Part shown: piece after piece, positions 28,001 to 36,117 of the stretch | How the letters are laid out: each line of letters opens with the position of its first letter | Position numbering within the stretch: the first letter of the stretch is position 1 | DNA from: an uncultured Candidatus Bathyarchaeia archaeon | GTDB lineage: Archaea; Thermoproteota; Bathyarchaeia; Bathyarchaeales; Bathycorpusculaceae | NCBI GenBank assembly: GCA_964450845.1 | Contig: CAYVGZ010000002.1 | Location: forward strand, 1 to 59,941 | Direction of reading: 5' to 3' | Length of the DNA stretch: 59,941 bases | Notes under the pieces: model-generated | Told to the model about the DNA's origin: nothing | Seen by the model: only the letters and a program-made list of their open reading frames with translations | Databases searched by the model: none | Position numbers and translations under genes: made by a program

Positions 28001-29668
28001 GGTTGGAGCGGAGACCTCTCAGGTTCAGCTAATCCAACAAATATAACAATTAATGGCGACAAGAATGTTACTGCCTCGTTTATTAAAATCGGCTACACCT
28101 TAACCATAAACGTGGTCGGTAGTGGCTCAATAACCATATCGCCAGCGCAACCAACCTACGACCCAGGCACAGAAGTTACATTAACGGCTAATCCTGCCCT
28201 TGGCTGGAGCTTCGCTGGTTGGAGTGATGACTTATCAGGCAGCACTAGCCCGGCTACATTAATAATGGACAGCAACAAAACCGTAACCGCCACATTCATA
28301 CAAGACCAATACACTTTAACAGTAAATGTGAGCCCTGAGGGCGCTGGCTCAGTAACTAAAACACCTAATCAAACAACATACACGTACGGCACAGTAGTCC
28401 AGCTGACGGCAACTCCAGAACCAGGCTACGTGTTTTCTTATTGGACAGGCGATATTTCTGGAAAACAGAACCCCGAGTATATCACTGTGATAGGAAACCA
28501 GACCGTGACTGCGGTTTTCGTAGAGGCTCCACTAGACTGGTGGGACACAGCGTGGAAATACCGTAGAACAATAACAATAGATCACACAAAAGTAAGCGGA
28601 GAACTAACAGACTTCCCAGTGCTGATCGAAATAACTGATAGTAGCGTTGCTGAAAAAGCGCAGCCAGATGGCGACGACTTCGTTTTCACAGACGCAAACC
28701 ATGTGAAACTAGACCACCAAATAGAGCTTTACGACAATGCAACAGGACACCTAATCGCCTGGGTTAAAGTGCCCTACCTATCATCAACAACGGACACAGT
28801 CCTTTACATATACTATGGAAATTCAAACTGTGAAAACCAACAGAACCCAACAGGAGTATGGGACGAAAACTACAAACTCGTAATGCACTTAAACGAGGAA
28901 ACAGGCATACACTATGATTCCACAATAAACGGCAATAATGGCACCCCGTTCGGAAGTTTAGTCCAAGGCGCAACCGGATACATAGGAAGCTGCGTAGAAT
29001 TTAACGGCGGCTACATCCAGTTACCACGAATCTTCACAACCGAAACGCAATTCACTTTCAGCGCTTGGATTTATCCCAGATCCGGCGCACGCTACTTCAT
29101 TTCTCAATATCAGAGTCCTTATCAAGGCGCATTTCTGCAAGTCTATGCAAATAACAGGATTGAATTATATGTTAACAACATCATAGTTGCTAGATCAATA
29201 ACTATTAACAGATGGTACTATGTTGTAGCAACCTTTGATGGCACAAACGCCAGACTATATGTTGATGATGGTTCACCAAACTCTGCCTCCGCTTCATACC
29301 CCATTTGGATTTCCCAGAACATGTACATCGGCGACCGTTCTGACCATGTGCGCAAGTTCAACGGCTTCATCGACGAAGTCAGGGCATCAAACATCGCCCG
29401 CAGTGCCGCTTGGATACTCACTGAATACAATAACCAGCTTAACCCAGCAGAATTCTACACGATTGGACCAGAGGAAACAATTGAAGAACCCCTTGAAGAA
29501 AACTATATTCAAACAGCTGCTATGGAAAGTTACGGACCTGTGGCCATAAACCCTGATATCATCGCACATGCGTTACTTCTGTGTTTCGGAGCATTTTGCT
29601 GCAAAATAATTGACCAGGATGAGCACTTAAAGAAGCTCTTGCATATATTCTCAACTGCGAAAGATTAA
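25067..29668 (+). CDS. Large modular surface protein: FG-GAP/VCBS repeats, Ig-like domain, 8 InlB-B-like repeats, DUF2341, LamG
   Basis: ADLNNDG/ADINADG/ADVDKDG Ca-binding loops; eight YTLT...G.G.V...YG..V.LTA.P..GW.F..WSGDL repeats; WW...WKYRR.ITIDH DUF2341 start; FTFSAWIYP...WYYVVATFDG...GFIDEVR LamG; hydrophobic C-terminal segment. Confidence 0.85.
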   Translation: MLNLFKKCFQRRLLSLILIGIIVEGIVGFVYIPHVSGQLSITLKWRENAGTGSTWIGPLAADLNNDGLMEIVITGKSGGEGRIAAVDPISGNVIWSQPYGGDHVPCEIIDLNKDDIPEILMAPQYINGSSGGVLALHGNNGSVYWYNPNAGGKGTYIAVADINADGYPEIYAARGGKITAQTYDGNIFASIWTYYPCWGGMTIGDTDFDGVFEVYLAERSESYPSYPSGGRGLRAFWADNLTEIWAHPDILCSSQAPVLADVDKDGDLEIIVMQQSGGGFGVINTDGSVNTYNGIYRKQFRIPGTTRGHQGLTVADVDDDGNLEAIQCGDANHNAYPPEIFDLVDWKLDAKLPFPSIDPPAVADIDGDGKLEIIATNARNVTIFKYNQTAANYDIIYTIPLARAQSFSIVQDIDGDGNLELVFNQFNSWISVYDVEAPAPTPLPRSGFYFYSQYRTREAVYVPSPEQPPRISEILPNDGATSVSVSLSELSFKLTDYQSDPMNYTVTTNPNIGSASDINVPNGKITIPVSVLAPSTTYTWTATATDGTHTTTRTFTFYTEGNVTLTISTVGNGSVTKNPDSVDNVYAYGTHVQLTAVADNIVYKFSRWEGDLAWMGSNNPATILMDGNKTVIAVFTKIEYRLRTYVSPEGSGIITLNNTGLYGPPYYYYYYGEAVQLTAEPNTGWSFSHWENDLTGSQNPATIIMNSSKRVTAVFTQDHYTLTITVIGNGNVTIEPYKTTYTYGENVTLTATADLDWTFAGWSGDVSSNENPITIMMDSNKSIIANFTSANYHTLTIFTIGNGTVNKNPDYAVYAHDENVTLTAIPDAGWKFVEWSGDLTGKDSEAIITMNSSKVVTATFTPLQYTLFLSVNGNGQIIKTPDQGTYAYGTVVTLEAVPYLGWTFTGWGGDLNGTTNPTTIVITDNKTVSATFAQQEYTLSIHVDPPEGGSVNINPVGTYDYGDTVQLEAVPTSGWYFAGWSGDLSGSANPTNITINGDKNVTASFIKIGYTLTINVVGSGSITISPAQPTYDPGTEVTLTANPALGWSFAGWSDDLSGSTSPATLIMDSNKTVTATFIQDQYTLTVNVSPEGAGSVTKTPNQTTYTYGTVVQLTATPEPGYVFSYWTGDISGKQNPEYITVIGNQTVTAVFVEAPLDWWDTAWKYRRTITIDHTKVSGELTDFPVLIEITDSSVAEKAQPDGDDFVFTDANHVKLDHQIELYDNATGHLIAWVKVPYLSSTTDTVLYIYYGNSNCENQQNPTGVWDENYKLVMHLNEETGIHYDSTINGNNGTPFGSLVQGATGYIGSCVEFNGGYIQLPRIFTTETQFTFSAWIYPRSGARYFISQYQSPYQGAFLQVYANNRIELYVNNIIVARSITINRWYYVVATFDGTNARLYVDDGSPNSASASYPIWISQNMYIGDRSDHVRKFNGFIDEVRASNIARSAAWILTEYNNQLNPAEFYTIGPEETIEEPLEENYIQTAAMESYGPVAINPDIIAHALLLCFGAFCCKIIDQDEHLKKLLHIFSTAKD
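26746..28525 (+). repeat. Eight tandem ~72-78-aa divergent protein repeats within the large surface protein
   Basis: Counted in the translation; boundaries approximate. Confidence 0.8.
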
Positions 29669-29712
29669 ACAAGACTACAGCGTCAATTAAATCAAATAAT
29701 AGAGCACATGAA

Positions 29713-30727
29713 ATGAAGCTAACAAACCTTGGGATAATAGGCTTAGGCTACGTGGGACAAATCCATCTACGCCACGCCCAAAAACTTGGAAACGCCCGCA
29801 TTGTGGCAGTGGCAGATTTATCAAAGAGGGCTTTAAACAAGGCCAAAAACAACGGTGTCCAAAAAACCTTCACAAACTACAACGAATTGCTTAAGGACCC
29901 AGAAATCGACGCAGTGATAATAGCTTTACCTAAACATCTAAAATGTGTAAGGGACGCAGCTGAAGCTGATAAACATATTTTCTTGGAAAAGCGGATAGCT
30001 AGAAACATAGAAGAGGCAAAAGAAATCCTCTCCTTAATACCGAAAAACAACGTCAGACTTATGATGGGATACCTCCTCAGATTCAACCAGTAACTTCAAG
30101 CATTTAAAAGAAGAATCCATGATGGAACGTTAGGCGACATAGAAATCGCAATTGCAAATTACATAAGCTCAGGCCCATTCTTCCACAGGGCAGAAACCCA
30201 TACACCCATACCAGTTCCAGAATGGTGGTTCAACAAGGAGCTAACCGGCGGCAGAGCATTCATAGACCTAGGAAGCTACATAATAAACCTTTTACGCTGG
30301 TATTTCGGCGAAATAATAGTCATAAAAAGTCACCTAAGCTACAGATTCAACATAGGCTTCGAAGAAAGCCATATGCCTAGCAAAATTTGAAAACGGAACA
30401 AACGCCATAATAAACGTAGGGTGGTTCTCACAAAAATACCAATTAAAAATAGAGCTGATAGGAACAATAGACCACACCGCAGCTCAACATAAACCATCAA
30501 ACCCCATATTCACAGCAATCCAGATGCTAACCATTGGGTCATCCGAATTCTACAACGCTCACCATCTGGAACTCCAAAACTTCGTAAACTGCCTAATCCG
30601 AGACAAGCAACCAACGCCAACAGGCGAAGACGGCCTAAAAGACATAGAAACAATAGAACAAGCATACAAAACAAATACGCCTAAGTTGGATTATATTTTT
30701 AACGCTATTCCAGTCACTCTAGAGTAA
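29713..30727 (+). pseudogene. Degraded Gfo/Idh/MocA subtype A copy (paralog of 23930)
   Basis: In-frame TAA at 30091-30093 (reads on as LQAFKRRIHDGTLGDIE...), frameshift near 30367, small deletion (LPKHL-KC), motif lesions EKP>EKR and DLGSH>DLGSY. Confidence 0.9.
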
Positions 30728-30957
30728 CCCTTTCTATGCAAGTTGACTTTAAAAGCCTATTGTAAAGTCATTCCCAAAACCCGCCAACGAAATTCACATA
30801 CATATAATATGAAAAAGTAGTCAGCATTTTACAGAAAATATTGCTGGAGTAATCATCAGGGTTAACGAGTAAGTTCAACAAATTGTTCCTGGCACGCGAA
30901 AAATCCAAAAGCAAATAAAAGTTATCGAATTTTTACTCATAAATTGGGGAAAACACG

Positions 30958-32559
30958 ATGGAAAAAGCATCAGAAATGGGAAGGGTTTCAGCAACTGGAA
31001 GCTTCCACCTGTTCATGGGAAAAACAATCTCTACAGTAATAATGGCTGTTGGAACAATAATCCTTGGCAACCTGATGCTAGAAGAAGAATACGGACTATA
31101 CGCTGTAGCACTGATCCCGCCACTCATGATAAACCTCTTCCAAGACTGGGGTATAAGCGCAGCCATGACAAAATACATCGCCCAAAACAGAGCTGCAAAC
31201 CAAGAAGAAAACATACGCGACATAATTACAGCAGGCTTAATATTCAAAATCACAACAGGACTGACCTTATCCCTCACCTCCCTGTTCCTCGCTAACTACA
31301 TCGCCACAACCATCTTCAACCGACCCGAATCCACAACACTCATAGCAATAGCCTCGCTAACAATCCTTTCAGACTCACTGCTAACAGCATCTCAATCGAA
31401 TTTCAACGGCTTCGAGAAAATGGAACTCAACAGCCTCACTATAATCACTCAATCCATAATAAAAGTCACAGCATCAACACTACTTGTTCTTCTCGGATAC
31501 GGAGCACTAGGAGCAGTTCTAGGCTACACCTTCTCGCTACTCACCGCAGGCATCGTAGGCCTCGTAATGCTCTACTTCCTACTATTCAGAAAACTCGCGA
31601 GAAAACACAACCCGCACCAACCAAACACAATCAAAGCCCTAAAAACAATGCTGCGCTTCGGCGTGCCACTTTCAATATCCACCATCCTAAGCGGGTTTCT
31701 GATACAATTTTATGCATTCATAATGGCTTTCTACTGCAACGACATAATGATAGGCAACTACCAAATCGCAGCCAACTTCGCTGTACTCCTAACATTCTTC
31801 ACCTTCCCAATCACAACCGTGATGTTCCCAGCCTTTTCAAAAATCGACCCCAAAAATGAACCCCAACTTCTACAAATAGTCTTTTCATCCTCCGTAAAAT
31901 ACACCGCCATGTTCCTCGTTCCAGCCACCATGGTCGTAATGGTACTATCAGAACCTATGATTAGCACATTGTTCGGACAAAAATGGATCCACGCACCCTT
32001 CTTCGTGACCCTATACGTTATAACTGAACTTTTTGTCCTCTTCGGACGTCTGATCTTAGGAAGCCTTCTAACAGGGATTGGAGAAACCAAAATGCTCCTC
32101 AAACTATCGCTCTTAACACTCTCACTCGGCATTCCCATAGCCATCATCCTAATCCCCGCATATGGCATAGTAGGCGTAATACTAGGTTCTCTAATCGCTG
32201 GAATACCCAGCCTGTTCTGGGGTCTCTACTGGATATGGAAAAACTACGAAGTCAAAGCAGACTACAAGTCATCCGCCAAAATTTTCGCAGCATCCAGTCT
32301 AGCAACTATAATAACATACTTTTCCCTAAGCTTCCTCAATATCGCCGAATGGCTGCAACTAGCAATAGGAGGAACCGTGTTCCTGACAACATACATCTTC
32401 ACAGCTCCAATCATCGGCGCCATCACCCAAACCGACATAAACAATTTAAGAAACATGCTCTCCGGTCTAGGAATAATTTCAAAATTAGCCAACATACCAT
32501 TGACCCTAGCAGAAAAAGCATCACAGATATTAAAAAAGGCTTCAAAACGATGCCTGTAA
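30958..32559 (+). CDS. Oligosaccharide flippase (Wzx/RfbX, MATE-like)
   Basis: About 14 TMs; L..EEYGLY...D.GI..AM.KYIA, IGNYQIA, MFPAFSK. Confidence 0.88.
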   Translation: MEKASEMGRVSATGSFHLFMGKTISTVIMAVGTIILGNLMLEEEYGLYAVALIPPLMINLFQDWGISAAMTKYIAQNRAANQEENIRDIITAGLIFKITTGLTLSLTSLFLANYIATTIFNRPESTTLIAIASLTILSDSLLTASQSNFNGFEKMELNSLTIITQSIIKVTASTLLVLLGYGALGAVLGYTFSLLTAGIVGLVMLYFLLFRKLARKHNPHQPNTIKALKTMLRFGVPLSISTILSGFLIQFYAFIMAFYCNDIMIGNYQIAANFAVLLTFFTFPITTVMFPAFSKIDPKNEPQLLQIVFSSSVKYTAMFLVPATMVVMVLSEPMISTLFGQKWIHAPFFVTLYVITELFVLFGRLILGSLLTGIGETKMLLKLSLLTLSLGIPIAIILIPAYGIVGVILGSLIAGIPSLFWGLYWIWKNYEVKADYKSSAKIFAASSLATIITYFSLSFLNIAEWLQLAIGGTVFLTTYIFTAPIIGAITQTDINNLRNMLSGLGIISKLANIPLTLAEKASQILKKASKRCL

Positions 32560-32697
32560 ACACATAATGCCAAATAAGATAGACGATCATAACAAATGCC
32601 AGTGAAATGAACGCCAACTTAATGGAAAACATAAACTAACGGTAAACGCATGGCGAATTTTAGTTTAACTCAAAAACCTTCAACGATTAAATAAAAG

Positions 32698-33082
32698 TCA
32701 CCCTTTATACTCCTTCTCATGTTTCTTTCGTTCTTCAACAGCTTTGTAGTTGTCCATCCTCAATAGCCTTAAGAACATCCTCATAGCTTGTTACGTCAAT
32801 CATGCTCGGCTCACCATAATGATACTACTTCACATCACTGGCAGCAGATTGAAAAGTGTCAGAAGGATTCCAATGAAGATCATACCATTCTATCTGGCGC
32901 CAAACAAACTTGACCAAATTTCCATGCTCAATTAGCTCATTCACCTCTCCATCATAAGGACTTATACTTGTTCATAACCTCACAACCTTATCTTCAGTGC
33001 CTTCCAGCTCCTCATGAAGCCGTTTTCTTCTATGAACGCCTGCTATTGAGTTGGCTAAGACGTAGGCTTTGTCATAAAACAT
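32698..33082 (-). pseudogene. Possible degraded gene remnant (GT4 C-terminus-like)
   Basis: Own translation MFYDKAYVLANSIAGV...*TSISPYDGEVNELIEHGNLVK...*YHYGEPSMIDVTSYEDVLKAIE: protein-like text in one frame with in-frame stops; family guess is weak. Confidence 0.3.
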
Positions 33083-33179
33083 GATATCTTAAACCTTCAT
33101 AATCCATTTTGGAAAAGACAAATATCGAAGGACACACATACATTCTATACTTCGATTAAACAGAAAAGCACGGTCGAAA

Positions 33180-33734
33180 ATGGTTAAAAATTTCTTGAAT
33201 TCTTTTATTAAAGTTCTGCATTCGCAGAAAAAAATAGTATTGCTGGTTATCGCTGTTGTAATTATCACTTTGCTCGTTAACACTTTGATTTCAATGTGGC
33301 TTAGTAGATTCCATAATTTGAGAGTCCCCAGCATCGGGACCATATGCGCCATTGACGTGAAAGTCTATGGCGGAGACATAATCCAAAATGGAAGCCAATC
33401 ATATATTGACTGGGGCACAGTTTATCCGGGAACATCCACAAACCGCTCTTTTACCATTCTAAGTAACAGCAGTATCGAAATAATTCCTAAGCTCGAACTT
33501 CTAAATGTGACTTTCCTTAACTCGGAAGGAGAGAATGTCACTGACCCATTGAATAATTATATGAGCCTCACGTGGAATTACAATAATACGCCTCTCAAGC
33601 CACTGCAAAAATCTAATGTTACTCTAACCTTGTCAATTTCTTCCAGCATTGATTTTTTTTACTTTCTAATAAACAATAACGTGACCAGTTTTAGTTTTGA
33701 TATACGCATTTATCCCTCTACTTCCAAAGAGTAA
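33180..33734 (+). CDS. Membrane-anchored/exported single Ig-like-domain protein (IDWG family), copy 1
   Basis: N-terminal TM, then VPSIGTI...IDWGTVYPG...LTWNY...VTLTLSI...SFSFDI; homologous to 39441-39902. Confidence 0.7.
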   Translation: MVKNFLNSFIKVLHSQKKIVLLVIAVVIITLLVNTLISMWLSRFHNLRVPSIGTICAIDVKVYGGDIIQNGSQSYIDWGTVYPGTSTNRSFTILSNSSIEIIPKLELLNVTFLNSEGENVTDPLNNYMSLTWNYNNTPLKPLQKSNVTLTLSISSSIDFFYFLINNNVTSFSFDIRIYPSTSKE

Positions 33735-33872
33735 CTGAATTGCATGTAATCTCAAATAGCGATTTCCATGGTAAATTCGTCTATATCTTTTGTGTCAAAG
33801 TTCTATATTTATTATCCATAGTAGCTTAAATGTTGGATTTTCCTCTTTTAGGTCGGTAGAAAGGAGAAGGCA

Positions 33873-34589
33873 ATGCAACCTTCAGTAATATCTATGGTCA
33901 TACCTGCCTACAATGAAGAGAAAACAATAGGCAACGTTCTAGCAAATACCATTTCAGTTATGGAAAGCTTAGGAATGCCATACGAAATAATAGTGGTTGA
34001 CGACGGATCCACAGACGACACAAGACGCTTTGCATCAAACTACAAAGCAGAAGTATTATTCAATGGAAAAAATCAAGGCAAAGGCTACGCCTTAAGAAAA
34101 GGATTCCAACACGCTCAAGGAAACATCATAGTCACTATGGATGCTGACGGATCACACAGCCCAAAAGAAATACCTGACCTAATAAATCCGCTTTTCAACG
34201 GAGCGGACATTGTATCAGGCTCACGATTGCTAGGCAAAGGAAAAAATCACATATCAAAACTCAATCTAATGGGCAACTATCTCATTAACATAATCATAAT
34301 GGTCTTAACGAAAAGAAAAATAACAGACAGCCAAACAGGCTTCAGAGCCTTTAAAGGAGAATACCTCAGAAAAATCTGTCTAGAATCACGTGGCTACGAG
34401 ATTGAAACAGAAATAACGGTTAAGGGACTAAAAAACGGTTTCGTCCTTCAAGAAATACCAATAAGTTGCAACAGAAGGAAATATAACTGTTCGAAACTGA
34501 AAATACTCTCCGACGGAATCAAAATTTTCAAGACCATTCTTAAGTATACTACAGCAAACAATTATCGTCACTACATGTCTAGGAACTAA
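33873..34589 (+). CDS. Glycosyltransferase family 2 (dolichol-phosphate glycosyltransferase-like)
   Basis: IPAYNEE, VVDDGSTD, GKGYAL, MDADGSH, SGSR, DSQTGFRA. Confidence 0.9.
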   Translation: MQPSVISMVIPAYNEEKTIGNVLANTISVMESLGMPYEIIVVDDGSTDDTRRFASNYKAEVLFNGKNQGKGYALRKGFQHAQGNIIVTMDADGSHSPKEIPDLINPLFNGADIVSGSRLLGKGKNHISKLNLMGNYLINIIIMVLTKRKITDSQTGFRAFKGEYLRKICLESRGYEIETEITVKGLKNGFVLQEIPISCNRRKYNCSKLKILSDGIKIFKTILKYTTANNYRHYMSRN

Positions 34590-34719
34590 AAATTTTTCTT
34601 CTGGAAAAGAGGGAAAAATAGAAAATTGTCTTAATTTTTCTATAATACAACGTAGTGAAGATTTATTAGCATATTCCATTATGATATATGTTTGAGGAGA
34701 ACGCACAGGAAGGATTAAC

Positions 34720-35364
34720 ATAAAAAAACAAAAAACCGCAGTAATTCTAGCTATTTTTACATTCTTTTTGTCAATTATTAGCCTTCCGTACGCAACGGCT
34801 CAACCCAACATTAACCTTCCACCAGATGAAGTAACGATAGAAGTGGAATACCCAAGTGAAGAATGCTATTATGACGTGATCCTGAGTAATGTCCCAGAAG
34901 GATACCATGTTACAAATGGTATTTATCTTGGTTGGTGCGTGGACGAATACCACTATATCTCTGACGGAAAAATCTACAGCGCCACACTATACTCAAGCTA
35001 TGATCCAAGCAACCCTCATCCAGACGAGGACTGGGATAAAGTCAACTACATACTAAACCACAAAAAAGGCTCATGGAAAGATGTTCAAGCCGCAATATGG
35101 TACTTTGTAAACGGTGGAACATGGCCCCCAGACTCTGACGCTCAAGAAATGATCAACGAAGCCAATGTCACCGGAGAAGGTTTTGTTCCATTCCCCGGAG
35201 AAAAGATGGCAATAGTCGCATGGATCAACTCCAACACACAAGTTCCAATAATCGAGGTCTGCGTCCCACTACAAAACGTGGTTCCAGAATACCCCTTGGG
35301 ACCAATCCTAGGCATAGCAAGCTTCTTCGCAGCACTAGGAGTCTACAAGCGACAATACCACTAA
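34720..35364 (+). CDS. PEF-CTERM-like sorted surface protein with a putative thioester domain (TED)
   Basis: GWCVD, DVQAAIWYF (TQxA-like), C-terminal-strand NTQVPII; VVPEYP + TM + KR tail. The frame is open upstream of TTG 34768 to an ATA at 34720, giving a complete signal peptide. Confidence 0.75.
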   Translation: MKKQKTAVILAIFTFFLSIISLPYATAQPNINLPPDEVTIEVEYPSEECYYDVILSNVPEGYHVTNGIYLGWCVDEYHYISDGKIYSATLYSSYDPSNPHPDEDWDKVNYILNHKKGSWKDVQAAIWYFVNGGTWPPDSDAQEMINEANVTGEGFVPFPGEKMAIVAWINSNTQVPIIEVCVPLQNVVPEYPLGPILGIASFFAALGVYKRQYH

Positions 35365-35462
35365 CCCAACTTTTAAATAGAAAATCTCCCAAGTTTTCTA
35401 TATCCTCTTTTCACATACCCTTTTATATGCCTCCCACCCATTGATTGTTGGAGAAGCCCTAA

Positions 35463-36035
35463 ATGAAGCTAGTCTATGCGGAATTAACCATTCTATTGAT
35501 TGGAGTATTTTTAGGGGTGGCTGGAGTAGTGCACGCTCAATGGAGTGCGCTTGGTTCTGGCTACGCCGTGACAACAAACTGGCATGGAGACAATGTTCCT
35601 ATAGGCCAAAACGTTACCGTGTGGGCAGGAACAACAGATCCAGAAGTCGAAGAAGTGTTGTTCCGATGGAACAAACCAGGAGACGCAGGCGTGTGGTTGG
35701 AGATCACTGTTGATATCGTTGATATCGGTCCGTACACTACGCCCGAAATTCCCGCGGGGGTTCCAGAAGAAATCAGCGACTGGGCTGAAGACCACCAAGG
35801 CATAACCATTTATTATGCAACTGACACACAAAGCCCAGAAATTCTTGGTGATTGGGGTGTCCAAGCTTTATTTATAGGAGAAGGTGGTGTGACAAAAGCT
35901 AATCATAATGATGTAATCATGATTAGATCAAGTTCGTTTAACACCATACCCGACTTTCCATTAATCGGAACTGCGGGAGCATTAATATCGATGCTTTTAG
36001 GCTTGAGCTTGTTTTTACGCAAAAAGAAACAATGA
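35463..36035 (+). CDS. PEF-CTERM-like sorted surface protein
   Basis: Signal peptide ending VVHA; C-terminal TIPDFP + TM + RKKKQ. Confidence 0.8.
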   Translation: MKLVYAELTILLIGVFLGVAGVVHAQWSALGSGYAVTTNWHGDNVPIGQNVTVWAGTTDPEVEEVLFRWNKPGDAGVWLEITVDIVDIGPYTTPEIPAGVPEEISDWAEDHQGITIYYATDTQSPEILGDWGVQALFIGEGGVTKANHNDVIMIRSSSFNTIPDFPLIGTAGALISMLLGLSLFLRKKKQ

Positions 36036-36117
36036 TACTTGTTTTAAAGCCTTGCAACATAAAACTTCTCTCTTAATCTCAGTATAGTATAATTTTCGTT
36101 ATAATAACGCAAAAATT

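Noticed and set aside
29500-29668. Large surface protein as a substrate of the neighbouring sortase
   Set aside because: No PEF/PGF-like motif and no basic cluster right after the hydrophobic segment
32423-32632. 69-aa hydrophobic minus-strand ORF
   Set aside because: Overlaps the 3' end of the flippase over most of its length; no motif support
33089-33352. 87-aa minus-strand ORF
   Set aside because: Largely antisense to the 33180 gene; no independent support
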